A DNA stretch of 64,000 bases from Nitrosopumilaceae archaeon (GCA_965207375.1 CBDBMG010000001.1:128001-192000); one strand, 5' to 3'. Numbered from the stretch's first letter, positions 1 to 13,215 are shown. Program-made: numbers and translations. Notes: generated by a model not told the origin, from the sequence alone.

Positions 1-124
1 TTTGTTCTCAAGGGCGCAAAGTTGTGGTCATTTCATGTTTACTGTTAAGCAGCTGTTGTCCCTTTGCTATTGTTCATTATAGTTACAGTGTGTGTATATT
101 TGTACTTGTAAGTTACCACTAATA

Positions 125-1110
125 CTGTATAGCCTAAATTTTTCAAGGGGGAAAATTTTTGATGATTTCGAGTTTTTTTGACCAACCACGAAAATTTTAT
201 CCTTGAAATATTTGTTCTATGCTATAATTCAATACGGGTGTGTGGAAAACCTGGAATGCCAGATCAACCCGGGATAGCCGGAACGAGCTTATTTTTGCGA
301 TTTGATGTGCCACATGATTTTATATACAACTCTTTCAGTGTTTAATTTTAAGCATACGATATAAAAATATATATAACTATAGCTGTTATGAATAACTAAA
401 AGGCTCCCAATGCCTTATTAAGAATGGCATATTGTCGGTATAACTAATACGCGTGCTCAAGGGAATAACCACTCACGCGATTGCTACCCATCCAAACACC
501 CCTCAAAGGATTAGTACTAACTGTGTTTGAGGTATAAGTAATAGTTCCCTACAACTTCTTACTTTCTCTAAGTGAATGAATAATTTTAGCACGTAACTTA
601 AGCACCCAGTAAGGTGCATAAGAGTCGGTTACACCTCTTCTCAGTTAAATGTACCTATGCTTAGATTTGTGCTACGAAAAAGCACAGAGTTGTAGGGAAC
701 TATTATTTATACCTCAAACACAGTAGTACTAATCCTTTGAAGAGTGGATCAGCAATGATAAGCAATCACGTGAGTGGCTAATTCCTTAAGCATGCGCATT
801 AGTTTACCGACAATATGCCATTCTTAATAATTCATTAAACAAAGCCTTGGGAGCCTTTTAGTTATTCATATAACAGCTAGCTATATATTTGTTTTATGTC
901 GTGTACTTAAACACTGAACTGAAGAGTTGTATAAAATCACGTGGCACATCAAATTGCAAAAATAAGCTTGTTTCGGGTTGATCTGGCATTCCAGGCTTTC
1001 CACACACCCATTCAATACTGTACTTCTGCAATCCTCGAAAATTTTATCTATGAAATTGTTAAATTCATGATTCCACAAAAATTTAACCCTTGAAAATTTA
1101 GGCTATATGG
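125..1110. mobile_element. TA-flanked MITE (Tc1/mariner-pogo type), interrupted by a nested foldback element
   Basis: Terminal inverted repeats CTGTATAGCCTAAATTTTTCAAGGG ... CCCTTGAAAATTTAGGCTATATGG with TA on both sides. Confidence 0.7.
236..1009. mobile_element. Non-autonomous MULE/Foldback-type element with long TIRs
   Basis: Imperfect TIRs of roughly 320 bp starting GGGTGTGTGGAAA; exact 9-bp TSD ATTCAATAC at 227-235 and 1010-1018. Confidence 0.85.
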
Positions 1111-1174
1111 TAACACTTTCTCATTTATGATACCATGGTTACCAAATGATATTGAATCATTTGATTATCTGTAG

Positions 1175-1607
1175 CTGTGGTCTCATTTGAGACAAATGGA
1201 GGATCAGGAGTTACCATAGTAATATCAGAGAGGGCAGGCTCATTGGTAATAGTTTTAGTACTCAGTGAAGCAGTTGGTGAAGAAGTCAGTGTTTTTGTAT
1301 TAGCAACAGGCACAACTGCTAGAGGTTTGTTGAACTTAATCTGTGCATTAACAATTTTATTCAGTTGTTCATTTATACGTAGCTGGTGAAGATTTTGGAC
1401 CATCTCAAGTTTATACAGTAACCTTTCCTGCTGGATCAACAAGACAATCAGTGAACATTCCCATTATTAATGATACTGTTTCAGAGCTTGATGAAACCTT
1501 TCAATTAGAACTCAGTGTTCCTGAAGCAGCTGTTAGAGCTGGTGTAATAGATGGCTGTGATCCATTTACTCCTAGACAACCTGTTGAAATCATTGATGAT
1601 GATGATG
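1175..1607 (+). CDS. Calx-beta domain, two exons (1175-1324, 1383-1607)
   Basis: VVSFET...TARAGEDF...VTFPAGSTRQSVNIPIINDTVSELDETFQLEL...VEIIDDD matches the Calx-beta pattern; 58-nt GT-AG intron; phase-1 boundaries. Confidence 0.85.
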
Positions 1608-1693
1608 GTAAGTTGCACATCAATATGATTTATCATTAGTATGTTAATTGTAGTGTAAATGATAAAACAATTAACAGCATTGTGTAATAATAT

Positions 1694-2078
1694 CAAGAGT
1701 TCATAATATATATAGAGAGGAGAGTGTCCTACTATACAATAGGCTGTACAAACGCGTAGCGTGAAGTTATGATGCAATACCATCGTAACTAAGTAATCAC
1801 GTGATTTTTTTACCGTTGCCAAGTCTGCTTCCGGCTGTTTCCGCAACGTTATCGTTGTTACACCAATGGTAGGGAATAGTCCTTCAAATGGGCCTTTCGG
1901 GCATGCCTTCCATTATACTCTACCTTTCGATAACGATACTCAACATGCAGTTAACACGCGCGCGTTAAACGAATATTTGATAAATAACGTAAATATACGG
2001 GAATACTTCACGCTACGCGTTTGTACAGCCTATTGTATAGTAGGACACTCTCCTCTCTATATATATTATGAACTCTTG
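1694..2078. mobile_element. Non-autonomous P-element-like MITE
   Basis: Perfect TIRs of about 75 bp starting CAAGAG; 7-bp TSD ATAATAT at 1687-1693 and 2079-2085. Confidence 0.7.
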
Positions 2079-3150
2079 ATAATATGATATCACTGAATGC
2101 ATTGTGTGTATGTACATTATATTGCATATACGTATATGTGACTGTCACTGCAAAATCCAGCCATGTTCGCACCAAAACTGAAACCAATTTTATTGCACAA
2201 GCTTAAAAATTATTTAATTAACCTTAACATGAAGATTGCATCATCTGTTATGTAAAGCGTAGTAATCAGTGGTCTAGAATTGCACATGTGTACAGTATAA
2301 AACATCAAGGTTTCCTGTTGTATTACATTTTAACTACTGTGTCTCTGCTGGCCAATGTGAACTGGTATGCTTTTCTGGAGGAATTTTGCCAACCCTGTGG
2401 TGTCACGATAAAGAGAATAGTGCCTATCATAAAGGGCACCAATTGGGTGGCCATGACCTGGAACTGTTCCCATTGCCTTGGCCTTGTGGTGTGGTGTGGA
2501 GGCTTTTCCTACTCTAAATGGTTGATCCACCTCCCACCCCTCTCTCCCATTCCACCCACCTGCCCCCTCAATGATGGCTGGATTTCAAAAGCCCTGAAAT
2601 CCAGCCACCAGCTGTTCACAAGATTAACTCTATGAATAATTGCTGCTAATATAAGACAGCCAGCTATAGAGAGCTCATTGTTTTAATATTTTGAAATGGT
2701 ACTTATTTCTCGAAATATTACTAAGTGCAAACTAGGCTGGTTTCACTATTGCCATCGTAGTTAGCGTTATGTACTGTACATACAAACACTGGATTTGTAT
2801 ATATGTAGCAGCTCACCACTTATATAGTCTGTCTTAGCAGTAAGTATGCATTTTGTAACTACCTTAAACCAAGTTATTATAACAAAATACACTAATTTTA
2901 GCAATTTTAGTGAGTAGCTGTACTAAAATTTACTAACACTAATTATAAACATTTTGATTGATACTCTCTAATAAAGCAGTCACCAATGATTGGTGACTGC
3001 ACTATTATTGCTGTGTAATTGCTAAATTTAGTATTTGCTAAATGTGCAATCATAAATATCACTAACTTCATACCTTACCCATATTGAATAACTAACATTA
3101 TCTCCCATAACTATATTTTACTTACAATAGTTAGTTACTACTGTTGAAAT

Positions 3151-3493
3151 TAGAGGTGGACCGATAATCAAATATACCGATATTCCGATAAACGATATAT
3201 TGGCTATGAAAATCACCAATACTGATACCAATCTTGCGTTACTCTAGGTATTCAGTCACTATACAAAGTTAGATTGATATTATCCACTATGTAGAATAAT
3301 CCAAATTGCTGCTTTATCAATTCACTACAATTATAGTATAGATTGATCAACAAAACTTTCACCGATATGCCGATATTACCAATATTTGTACCAATACCGA
3401 TATTATATTGGTAAGCCATATATTTTTACCGATATGCCTAATGCCAATATTGGTACCGACACCAATACTGATATTAATATCGGTGCACCTCTA
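3151..3493. mobile_element. hAT-type MITE
   Basis: TIRs TAGAGGTGGACCGATA / TATCGGTGCACCTCTA; 8-bp TSD GTTGAAAT; internal CCGATA repeats. Confidence 0.85.
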
Positions 3494-3538
3494 GTTGAAA
3501 TAATAATTAGTGGCAAATACGTAGCCACATTGCTTTAA

Positions 3539-6090
3539 GGTGGCGGTATAGCAGTAACCCACGCAAGTAATTAAAACTTACAAATGGTTATATTTATGAC
3601 AGATTGACTAACAATTCTATTAATAAACAAGGAGAGTTCCATTCCACAAAGCCCAGGTTGATCCAGCAATTTTAAACATATATAATCGCCTATGGGCGCC
3701 AGCCACGATTTCTGTAGATACAGTGAAGCTTTCTCTATTATTTTTCGTACAACACATTAACTATATTAAACGAAAAGTTTTACATATCGTTAACAACATA
3801 CGACATCGTAACTCGCAAGATAGACTACCCTACAGAAACAAACAATCTTGTATGTCTTCATCTTTAAATGATACGATAAAAACCAGCTATCCAGACACGT
3901 AGGATTCTTTATCACCCACTAACCATTCATTGTGCTGATTTTTGTAGCCTTTTGATAAGTAATTTTGAAGTAAAGGCGGATTTTATGCCAACGATGGAAA
4001 ATAAACCACAAACTCGCCACACACAATGAATCATTGGAGGCGCACGTGTCACATGTGATTTTGTTTACTACTACATTACTCTTTATCAGTGAAGAAATAG
4101 GTGCTATTATATAGTGCGCTAAGTGTAACAAAGAATCTTATGATGGTTGGACAGAGCAGAAGATCCTCATCGTTCCAAAACGGGGCAACTTCTCTAACTG
4201 GTTGACAAGAAACATGGCGAGGACTGGCTAATTCCGGCGGCATGGACCCCATATAGAAGCAGTATAGATGCGGATAGATGGTATTCTTCCATACATCTTC
4301 ATCCGAATAAATTCTCTGTACAACAAGATTGTCAATTGTTGCTGATAGCGTCCACACTACAAAATCGCACCATTGTCTACAGGTAATTTGCAGTTGGCCT
4401 TGTATTTGATAATAGTAGTTGTGTCCTTTCTTTAGCTGGTATATCATTAATGTATTGCAGAAAAAAACTTGATTTGTACTGTTTTTCAGTATAGAGATCC
4501 AATAATGGGATTTTCTCTGCACAAGCAGGATAATTGATTTCAACCAAATCGTATGGTTGTCTTTTACTGGGGTCGGTTACTAATCCATCAGGTGATGCAC
4601 CCATCCAATTAGCCTGCAAGGTAGAATTGTACACAATAATCAAGGTACTCTTTACATTGAATCTGCACAGAAAAATACATTCCTATGGAATGATAGTGAG
4701 CTATGTACGTATGTATGTAACTACCTGAAAATCTATGTGAAAACCTGTCTTTTGTACAGTTGCATCGTTGTGATGATGCTTCTGAAGATATTCCAGGTAC
4801 AAGTCTCGAGCTCTAAGCTCATTATCATGGCCATATACTTCATGGCTTTTGTTGTGCGTGATTTCGAGTATAAAAGTCTAATTACTAGTGGAGCATATTC
4901 CGCTCTTCGCTTGATGATTTCCCCAAAGGAAGAAGCAGTCACACATCCTCGACACTGCACAATCCATTCTCCTGATTGATTGTCTCCCTGCAACTGTTCT
5001 AATACTTATATGATGTATTTCCTCATTGGACACCTGCCAGTAGTGATCAACAACAATATTAATTTTTATGTTTTATCACCAACCTGTAGACGTGTCAAGT
5101 ACTCTTGACAGAGTTGCTTCAGTTCATCTGCAGATATATCTGGTTCTGCTGGATCACTGCCATATGATGTGTCAGGTGAGGAATTGACTGTAGATTGTCC
5201 ATATTGTGTCATTAATCGTTGTTTGTTATATTTCAAGAGAATTTTTCGTGCAGTGTCTTTATTATGCTTCCGCTTTCTTCCAATGGTAAACTTGTCACAT
5301 ATAGAAGATTGTATTCCCAGATTGTTTAAAATGGATGTTGTCCAGCCAGGACCATTTTGTACTTGTAATGCAGCGGCCATTGATCTATGCTGAAAGGAAC
5401 CAGACTGAACTCTGTTATAAAATTTGCCCCCATCCATTTTGCATCTAATGGACATGAAATTTTCCGTTATATTAGTGGTCTTGTTTTGTACAAGTTGAGC
5501 AGCTTTGGAAACCAATCGATCCCCTGCTGCCTGCTGCCTGCTGCCTGCTGCCTGCTGCCTGCTGCCTGCTGCCTGCTGCCTGCTGCCTGCTGCCTGCTGC
5601 CTCAACATCATGAAGAAAATCAGGAGGCAGTTTATCAAGAGGTGATGTTCCTGTGATCAGTAAGTAGTAATTAAAAATCTAGAATAATAAATTTATTATT
5701 GCTTTACCTGTAGGCTTTTTGGACTTCTGCTTGCAGAAAGCTGAGTTGCACTGATCATGCAAGCTGAAGTAATGACAGGGACCATTCCTTAGGTCATGGC
5801 GAAGCGCTGTGATGTCAGAAGTGGTGCTATGCATCTTAATGGCACATCTTGCTCCGTGCGTGACACATTTCATCATAGCCTGTGATAGTCTATATTTACC
5901 ACGATACTATAGTTTATCATTACAGAGTGCTTCCAGCCTGTTTCGATAGCATTTTACCGCATGGTTAGCACATTCTACTTTAGTGATGTCACGACCATAT
6001 GTCGGAACTCTAGTCACTACACTGTGGTAAACTGAACTATCACCATCTCCTATTAGCCAAAGATATCTCAGGCCATGCATGATTTCTGTG
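3539..6090 (-). mobile_element. Decayed KolobokE-like DNA transposon (DDE transposase plus YqaJ/lambda-exonuclease-like PD-(D/E)xK domain), 5' truncated
   Basis: Minus-strand spliced fragments LIGDGDSS...KVECANHAVKC, HDLRNGPCHYFSLHDQC, TTNITENFM, GASPDGLV, YYYQIQGQL...CDFVVW; stops and frameshifts; candidate end TTAA|GGTGGCGG at 3535-3546. Confidence 0.75.
5523..5602. repeat. (CCTGCTG)x11 heptamer array inside the transposase exon
   Basis: 11 perfect copies plus CCT. Confidence 0.95.
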
Positions 6091-6117
6091 AAACTTACCC
6101 AATCAATATTAATTTTT

Positions 6118-6710
6118 AAAACATCTACTATATAGGCCTGTTTTCACAATTTTATCATGTTCAATGTACAATGCAGATGTCAATGGTACATAGCTATGTT
6201 TGTATACATCATTGGTGCCATTGATGTAACAGTACACATCACTCCCATGGCTAGCTAAGGCACATGACACAAACAGTAGTGGCTAAATTTAATGAAATCG
6301 GCAATTTTCTAAAATAAAAATCTCACTAAAAATCCAATTTATGGTGTTTGTAAACCAAAGTTATACATCATCCAACAAAAGATACATAAAAAAGTTACAT
6401 TAGCTATGTGTATTTGCTACATAGCTAATGTAACTTTTTTATGTATCTTTTGTTGGATGATGTATAACTTTGGTTTACAAACACCATAAATTGGATTTTT
6501 AGTGAGATTTTTATTTTAGCAAATTGCCGGTTTCATTAAATTTAGCCACTACTGTTTGTGTCATGTGCCTTAGCTAGCCATGGGAGTGATGTGTACTGTT
6601 ACACCAATGGCACCAATGATGTATACAAACATAGCTATGTACCATTGACATCTGCATTGTACATTGAACATGATAAAATTGTGAAAACAGGCCTATATAG
6701 TAGATGTTTT
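6118..6710. repeat. 593-bp near-perfect palindrome
   Basis: 292-bp arms (6118-6409, 6419-6710), 9-nt loop GTATTTGCT, about 3 mismatches seen. Confidence 0.95.
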
Positions 6711-7806
6711 GCATGAAGACATCACTTTGCCCCCCAGCCTCCTATTTTATCTGATTTTGCCCCTCCCCCAGCCAAAATTGTGAAAGAAACCCTACTGGTA
6801 TTGTTACAATCAATTTGGTACATCTAAAACTGTCAAGTAAGTGCTTTGGAGCTTATTCAACTAGTCACACTGACATTGATATCATAAAAAGGATATACAT
6901 ATGCACAAAAACACCTTGTGATAAGATACACACAAATATTTATAGGTCTAAATCAGCCCTAGTTGTAAAAACTGCCTATTGTATATCAATCCCCAATTTG
7001 TTTCCATGCTCTTTTGATCTGTAAGAATTTATTGATTTTTAGTTAAGTTATTCAATCCCTATTCCCTTTTTATATTTTACTCTTTGCCCACACATGCAGT
7101 GGCCACTTGTACCTCAAGTAACCAAAATACTTCAGAGTCTGTGTGCACCTGTCCATTAAGTAGAATTACATTGACTTCTAAATTGGAATAGGTTGATTAA
7201 ATCCATATTTGGATATGTGTCATTGGCACCTGCATTCTAGGTGTGAGTGTGTGTGTTCGTGCAAGTTCATAGCAATACATGCATCATAAAAATTATTGTA
7301 TTTCTAAAGATTTTGAATTGATGTTAGAGACACACATAGCTACAGGAACTAGCTATATTTGTCTCATAGAATCATTGCAGCTGGCAGTATTTGCATATCA
7401 TCTGCATGTGCAGCAAATGTTATATCCTGTTTTTGCACTCAGGTTTGCCCCACAATGCTATTAGCATCTGTTTAGTTTATACCCACTGTTATTAAGTATG
7501 GCATAACTCAATATGAAACATTATGGTTTCTGGCATTAGAAAATTCTTTAGCCTTTCATGCACCGGCAAGACTTTCGTGCACAAGAATTAAAATCTATTT
7601 ATAGCTACACTCCTTTTATTACATAGCTAGATACAAAGCAACAATAGATGGCCAACCCTATATTCCAAAATTTTGTTATTTACTTTATAGTATTTTTGTA
7701 TAAGTAAGAGAGTTGTGATACTGAAAGAAATATATAACATTTCAAGTACCAAGAAATAAAATTTGTTTGCAGGTGATCAAAAAATGTTTTGGGAACCTAA
7801 CTACGT

Positions 7807-8682
7807 ATCAAGACTCACTATCGTGAGTCACAAGGCTAAAAAGAACTCATGATGGTTGAGGGATAGTACTTGGGGGAATTACAAGAGAAAAGCCCAAAGT
7901 ATTAATCCTCCCCTTTTTTACAAATTTATTTACTCTGCATACTTTATATAAGGTTTCTTGTCAGGATTTGCTTATAACTATAACATCTGTTTATGTATAT
8001 CCTAAACAAAAACAGCCTGGCTACAAGTACGAAGCCAATCAGACGCAACAATGGTTATAATCGACCAAAACCTCTGATATCAAGTAAAGCCAAGAAGTTA
8101 AACATTTTATTAAAAATCCTTTTACTTGAATGACATACAATAGTTTACAGGACATTTTCACAACTATGATTGGCTTTGTCACTTGGCCACCATCTTTTAT
8201 AAAGGTAGCCAAGTGACAAAGCCAATCAGTGTTGTGAAAATGCCCTGTAAACTATTGTATGTCATTCAAGTAAAAGGATTTTTAATAGGGCTGTGCGATA
8301 ATGGAAAAACCTATATCTCGATAATGCCGGTAATGCGCTACAAAATTATCTCAATAACGATAGTTATCGTGATAAAATTATGATAGGGTATTATGCATAC
8401 ATTTGGATTTTTGTAATTCCAAAATTGTTTTGTGTACTAATGTATTTGTATGTTTTGTGTAATATACAATAGTATCCGGAAATTTACTATTATCACGATA
8501 ATAAAATTATTATCTTTATCACGATAATGAACTTATTATCTCGATAATAGATTTATCTAAATTATCGCACAGCTCTAATTTTTAATAAAATGTTTAACTT
8601 CTTGGGCTTATATACAGTTGCTTATAATCATTGCTGCTTATGATTGGCCTCCCACTTCTTTTTACAACCAGGCTGCTTTTGT
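7807..8682 (+). mobile_element. Helentron-like non-autonomous element (HINE), family A, internally deleted copy
   Basis: 5' ATCAAGACTCAC-TATC-GTGAGTC hairpin; 3' foldback ending TTGGCCTCCC...ACAACCAGGCTGCTTTT; similar to copies at 33, 43-45 and 47-48 kb. Confidence 0.65.
8286..8577. mobile_element. hAT-type MITE nested in the family A element
   Basis: TIRs TAGGGCTGTGCGATAAT / ATTATCGCACAGCTCTA; 8-bp TSD ATTTTTAA. Confidence 0.85.
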
Positions 8683-9479
8683 ATACATCACACTTTATAT
8701 TGTTAAGTAGGAATCAACATGGAAAAGTTGATGTCAAAATTTTATGCCTACAATAAGCTTTACCGTTGGTGATGATGTAAAAACACTGTAATCTGAAAAT
8801 GCTGATGGTGTGATCTGTAGAGAATTCAAATTTTTCCTGGTACTATGGGTGGGCGGTATCACAAAAATGGAGACGGTACGGTATTATTTTAAAATATCAC
8901 AGTATTACTAAATATCACGATATTGTCATCATCATAATGTTCAATTGTTATTGCATCTCAGTGCATCAAAATTCATCTAAAATCTCATCATTAAGTACGG
9001 TAGTACTTAATAGTAGGGATTGGTAGGAAATTATATGGCTTCCGGAAAAATTTGTGCTTTAAAAATCAACCTTGCAATAGGATTTACCCGAAAAAACCGC
9101 ATTGGTAAGGCTGTAATGATGCTGTACCTTGGTTAAACAAAGCGACGAGTCAAATATTTCGACCTACAGCCAACTTTGAAAATTTCGAAATTAATCTGTA
9201 TTTCGCCTGCCGTAAGATCGGGTTGCGCTAGGCCCGGTGTAGAGCTCCAGAAATTTCACACAATAAAGGTAATGGCGGCGGATTTACAAAAATGTTGTTC
9301 CGAAGACGATTTACCCACTGTGCCATGGCGATTCCCTTTATCCTTTATTCCCTTCCTTGTTCTTCTATATTCCTTTAGCAAGGTGCTAATCTCACCGAAG
9401 ATGACGATAGCCTGTTTAATACGGCTTCTGCTTATTACATCACACAAAAACCTGGCTTGCACGTGATATAATTAGTTAC

Positions 9480-9880
9480 AGTGGCACGATGTTTTCGCGT
9501 GTACTTTATTACTTTGTAAACTTCGAGATTATAGCCTTGGACAAATAGCTTTTGTGTTTTCGAGTGTTATTTGCTATCATACAGCTACTTTGCCATGTAA
9601 GCGCGTTGTTAACAAGCGCCTGTAAACAAGCATAATTATTACGTAAGTGCCTGTAACATTTTGCGCACCTGCTAAAAGATTATTGAATGCTTAGCATGTA
9701 TAAAAAGTAAACAAACTAGAATGATAAAAAATTAAAAATTTAAAAAGGTAAGTAGGGATTGAATTTTGGATTCAATAGTGCTACAAAAAGTAAGGAAACA
9801 AGGAATAAGATTTTGGGACGAGAGAACATTCTGGCATGAGATAATTTATAAAAGTTTAATTCCTACTTTTGGCAAACCTA
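9480..9880 (+). repeat. Interspersed repeat family C (second copy about 52795-53300)
   Basis: Shared blocks GTTAACAAGCGCCTGTAAACA and GCTACAAAAAGTAAGGAAACAAGGAATAAGATTTTGG. Confidence 0.7.
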
Positions 9881-10822
9881 TAAAGTGAGCATCTCATGCC
9901 AGAATATTGTTTCTTGTTGCCTCACTTTTCACAGTGTAGATAAATCTCTACTTAGTTTTTAAAGCTTTAGGACACTGTTATACCATTACCGTCCTGAAAC
10001 ACGTCACTGCAGCAGTCAGCAGAAAATGTGAGGTGAAACACAATCCACACCTTCTCCTGTAACATGTTTGTCTTACCATTATTATATAGTGAAACAATGA
10101 TGGTAAAATTTTTATATGATAAGTTTATTGTATATCTACATAAAAGTTGTTCAATAGTGAGTTGCATGGCCATGAAAAACAGGCTATCCAATGGCTACTG
10201 AGAGTCTATTTACACTAGCAAAGTGTACAAAAACCAGAAAACAAAAGTAACCTTTCCAAAACTTGAATTCTAACCTTTCCACAACCTGAATTGCTTCCTT
10301 ATTGCTCGTATTAATTTATTAATCCAATATGTATTGCACTTTTACACAGTAAACACCTAATACTAATATATAACTTGTATGTATTATATTGAAATACTAC
10401 AGTAAATAGCCAATAGAAATGCTATAACACTTGTTTGTCACATATCTTGCTCAATCAAAAACTGTAATACGCTTATACTAATTAGTAGTTTACATTGCAT
10501 TAAACAAAACCATTCGCTTTCTAAATCATTCTCTGCTGGGTAGTACATGTTGTTGCCACTGTTGCCAAAGTTTCTAATAATTTGTTTTGTGAAGCGTGCT
10601 ACATAACCATACCTCTTCACTAGCGTGGATTGCTGTAGTATTTGGAATTAATTGCACTGCAATTAATTAATTCCAAATACTATAGCAACCCATACTATTA
10701 CATATACTAATTTATGAGTTGTGATATCAAATTTGGTAGACAAGGCCTGTGCAGGTAACTACGTATGCTGATAATGATGATCCAAGGAATGCATTTATCA
10801 AGCATATAATATGCAACTTTAG

Positions 10823-10993
10823 TGGACTGTGGGATACCAGAGATACCAACTAATGGAATAGTCAAGTTTCAAAGTACAATGACAGGAATTATTGCAACTT
10901 ATGAATGTAATGAAGGATGTGTTCTTGACGGAGTGATTCAACGAGTTTGTGAGGGCAATGGTCAGTGGTCTGGCAATGTACCACAGTGTAAAA
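10823..10993 (+). CDS. Sushi/CCP domain exon
   Basis: VDCGIPEIPTNG...ATYECNEGCVLDGVIQRVCEGNGQWSGNVPQCK; AG and GTAAG boundaries, phase 1. Confidence 0.85.
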
Positions 10994-12488
10994 GTAAGCT
11001 AATCATTTTCATTAAGGTTGTAGCTACGCACATAGTTGTTAATAGTACAGTAATAATGATAATCATTAAATGAGTCAATAATGACTTAATGTTTTTAAAA
11101 TTTGATCTATAGCTACCTTATATAGGCCAGGTATTATTAATTTTAGTGATTTTAGCAAATTAACATAGCATTTATTATCTTTTGCATAGGCGAGATACTG
11201 TACTGTATTGCAAGTGTACTGTATGGAAAATACAGTACAGTGGTTGGCAAATACAGCACAGTGGACAGTCCAGAGGTATCAAAAATCTAATTAAGGGAGA
11301 GATTATCATAGACCGCATAAACAATGCATCAGTAAACAACGTAGTAGCTAAATCTCAATGTTAGTCGATATTTTAGTAGCCTTTTTATTGTACTATTCTA
11401 TTCAATGCACTTTGCATGGACATGTTAACTGGATTCAATTTAGGATGCTACTGTCATAACAAATTACATAAGTGTCTAATCAAAATTACTTTTGTTCAGA
11501 TTAGCATATTTTATGCTAATTTCAAGCACTGCTTTAAGTTTATTGTTTTGCATGAGAGGGCGCCAGTTAAACATTAGCTCTCATGTTACCTTCTCTTATT
11601 TGCTAGCTTATTTGTTGTAAGAAATTATCGCCTAAAGATCCTGGATCATTAGATCTTACTAAAAATCGGTTTGTAAGAATCTCGGTAAGGCCAACATTTA
11701 TCGATACCTTGTTTCCTGTCCACTACCCACATCTGTTTTTAGGCACTGCATCAAGATTTATTGCGTATTTCAGTATTTAGAAATATACTCTAAATTTCTT
11801 AATTACATCTGCATTCTTTGTATATCAAAATCTAATATTTAGCCAATCATATCACGGAGGTGGCGAACCCATAGCTATCTACTGGCTTCTTTCAGGGTTC
11901 CATTAGCATTAAACAGTGGACTTATCAGTAAAGAATATTTTGTTTAGACATTTTGTCCGACCAAAACTATAAATGTTCAGACAAATATCAATTTTGGTCA
12001 GAAAATGTCCAATGGCCGACCACTATTTCAAGCACTGCTAAAATGGCTAGTTGTGTGAGGATTTTCAGTACCTACACAACTATCCACTATTTCAGGATGG
12101 ATACTATTTAAAGTGAATGCATGTAGCTAGCATCTTACCAAGTGTTACTAAACTTGGGAGCTACGTATGTCTCCTGTACTAGATTTGTATTTCTGCACAA
12201 TAGAGATGTTGCAATTGGCATGTCTGATTATTGTACCTGCATGGTGCCTATACTGATGGCTGTATCATAGATACCAGTCTGGAAAGTCGGTATGTGTGCA
12301 TATGAGTGTGTGTCCCCATCCCAGAGCTATAAAAGACTATTTATATGAAATAAAGTAATTTAATTGTATAGTGCCTTGTTTTTGGATGGTAAAACATCAA
12401 CTTGGGCTGGGTATTATTATCATAGACAAATTTTAGCAATTTTTAGCTGCTCGGGTTTGATTTTTCAATAGTTAATAATATTCATGTA

Positions 12489-12926
12489 TAGGCCTGAGTC
12501 GATTATGCCAGCATAATTTTTAGCATAATAGGTGTGCAAAAGCATCAAGCATAATGCCAGCATAATAGGCATGATTTTGCGAATGCGGGCGCAAGCTGCA
12601 TATTTAAACTTAATTTCAACATTTTTACAGTCTAAAAACTATAAAATACTCTTACTCCACAGCTCCACTGCTAGGCAATGCTTCACAGTTTAAGCTTCTA
12701 CAACTCCTTTATAGTCGCTATATTATATTAGGCATCACTAAAATGGTTATAACAACTACTGGCATGTGACAGGTCAGATTTTAGGCAGGTTTTTGCATTA
12801 AACTGTGTATTATTACTAGCATAATTGACTGTGGAGTAGCATAAAATCTAGCATAATAGGCACAAAATTGGAGCAATGCCAAAAAGCATAATAGGCAATT
12901 TTCAGAGCATAATAGACTCAGGCCTA
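12489..12926. mobile_element. hAT-type MITE, near-identical to 39922-40359
   Basis: TIRs TAGGCCTGAGTC; 8-bp TSD TTCATGTA. Confidence 0.9.
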
Positions 12927-13215
12927 TTCATGTATACAGTCATGTAATGTATACATCAGAGTTTGTGCCAGCCTTTGGCTGGTGTGTGCTTTGAACACTC
13001 AAAACCTGGTTTTTGTGATACTGTTATCAGTTTTGGTCATATTTTATACGTACATGATAACATCACTACTTATGCGATACATATGTGACCCTATCCTCAT
13101 ATCATTTTTTATTATTCATAATTCTAATGATAATTTGGCAGCTATAGCTATTTGTAGTAGCTATAGGAACATTTGAACTTGATACTGTTTGATAGTTATC
13201 ATGTATTTTCCACAG

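Noticed and set aside
2288-2635. 115-aa and 66-aa ORFs
   Set aside because: No recognisable motif or convincing splice structure.
5066-5638. QQAAGSR repeat protein
   Set aside because: Produced by the heptamer expansion inside a transposase exon, not a real repeat protein.
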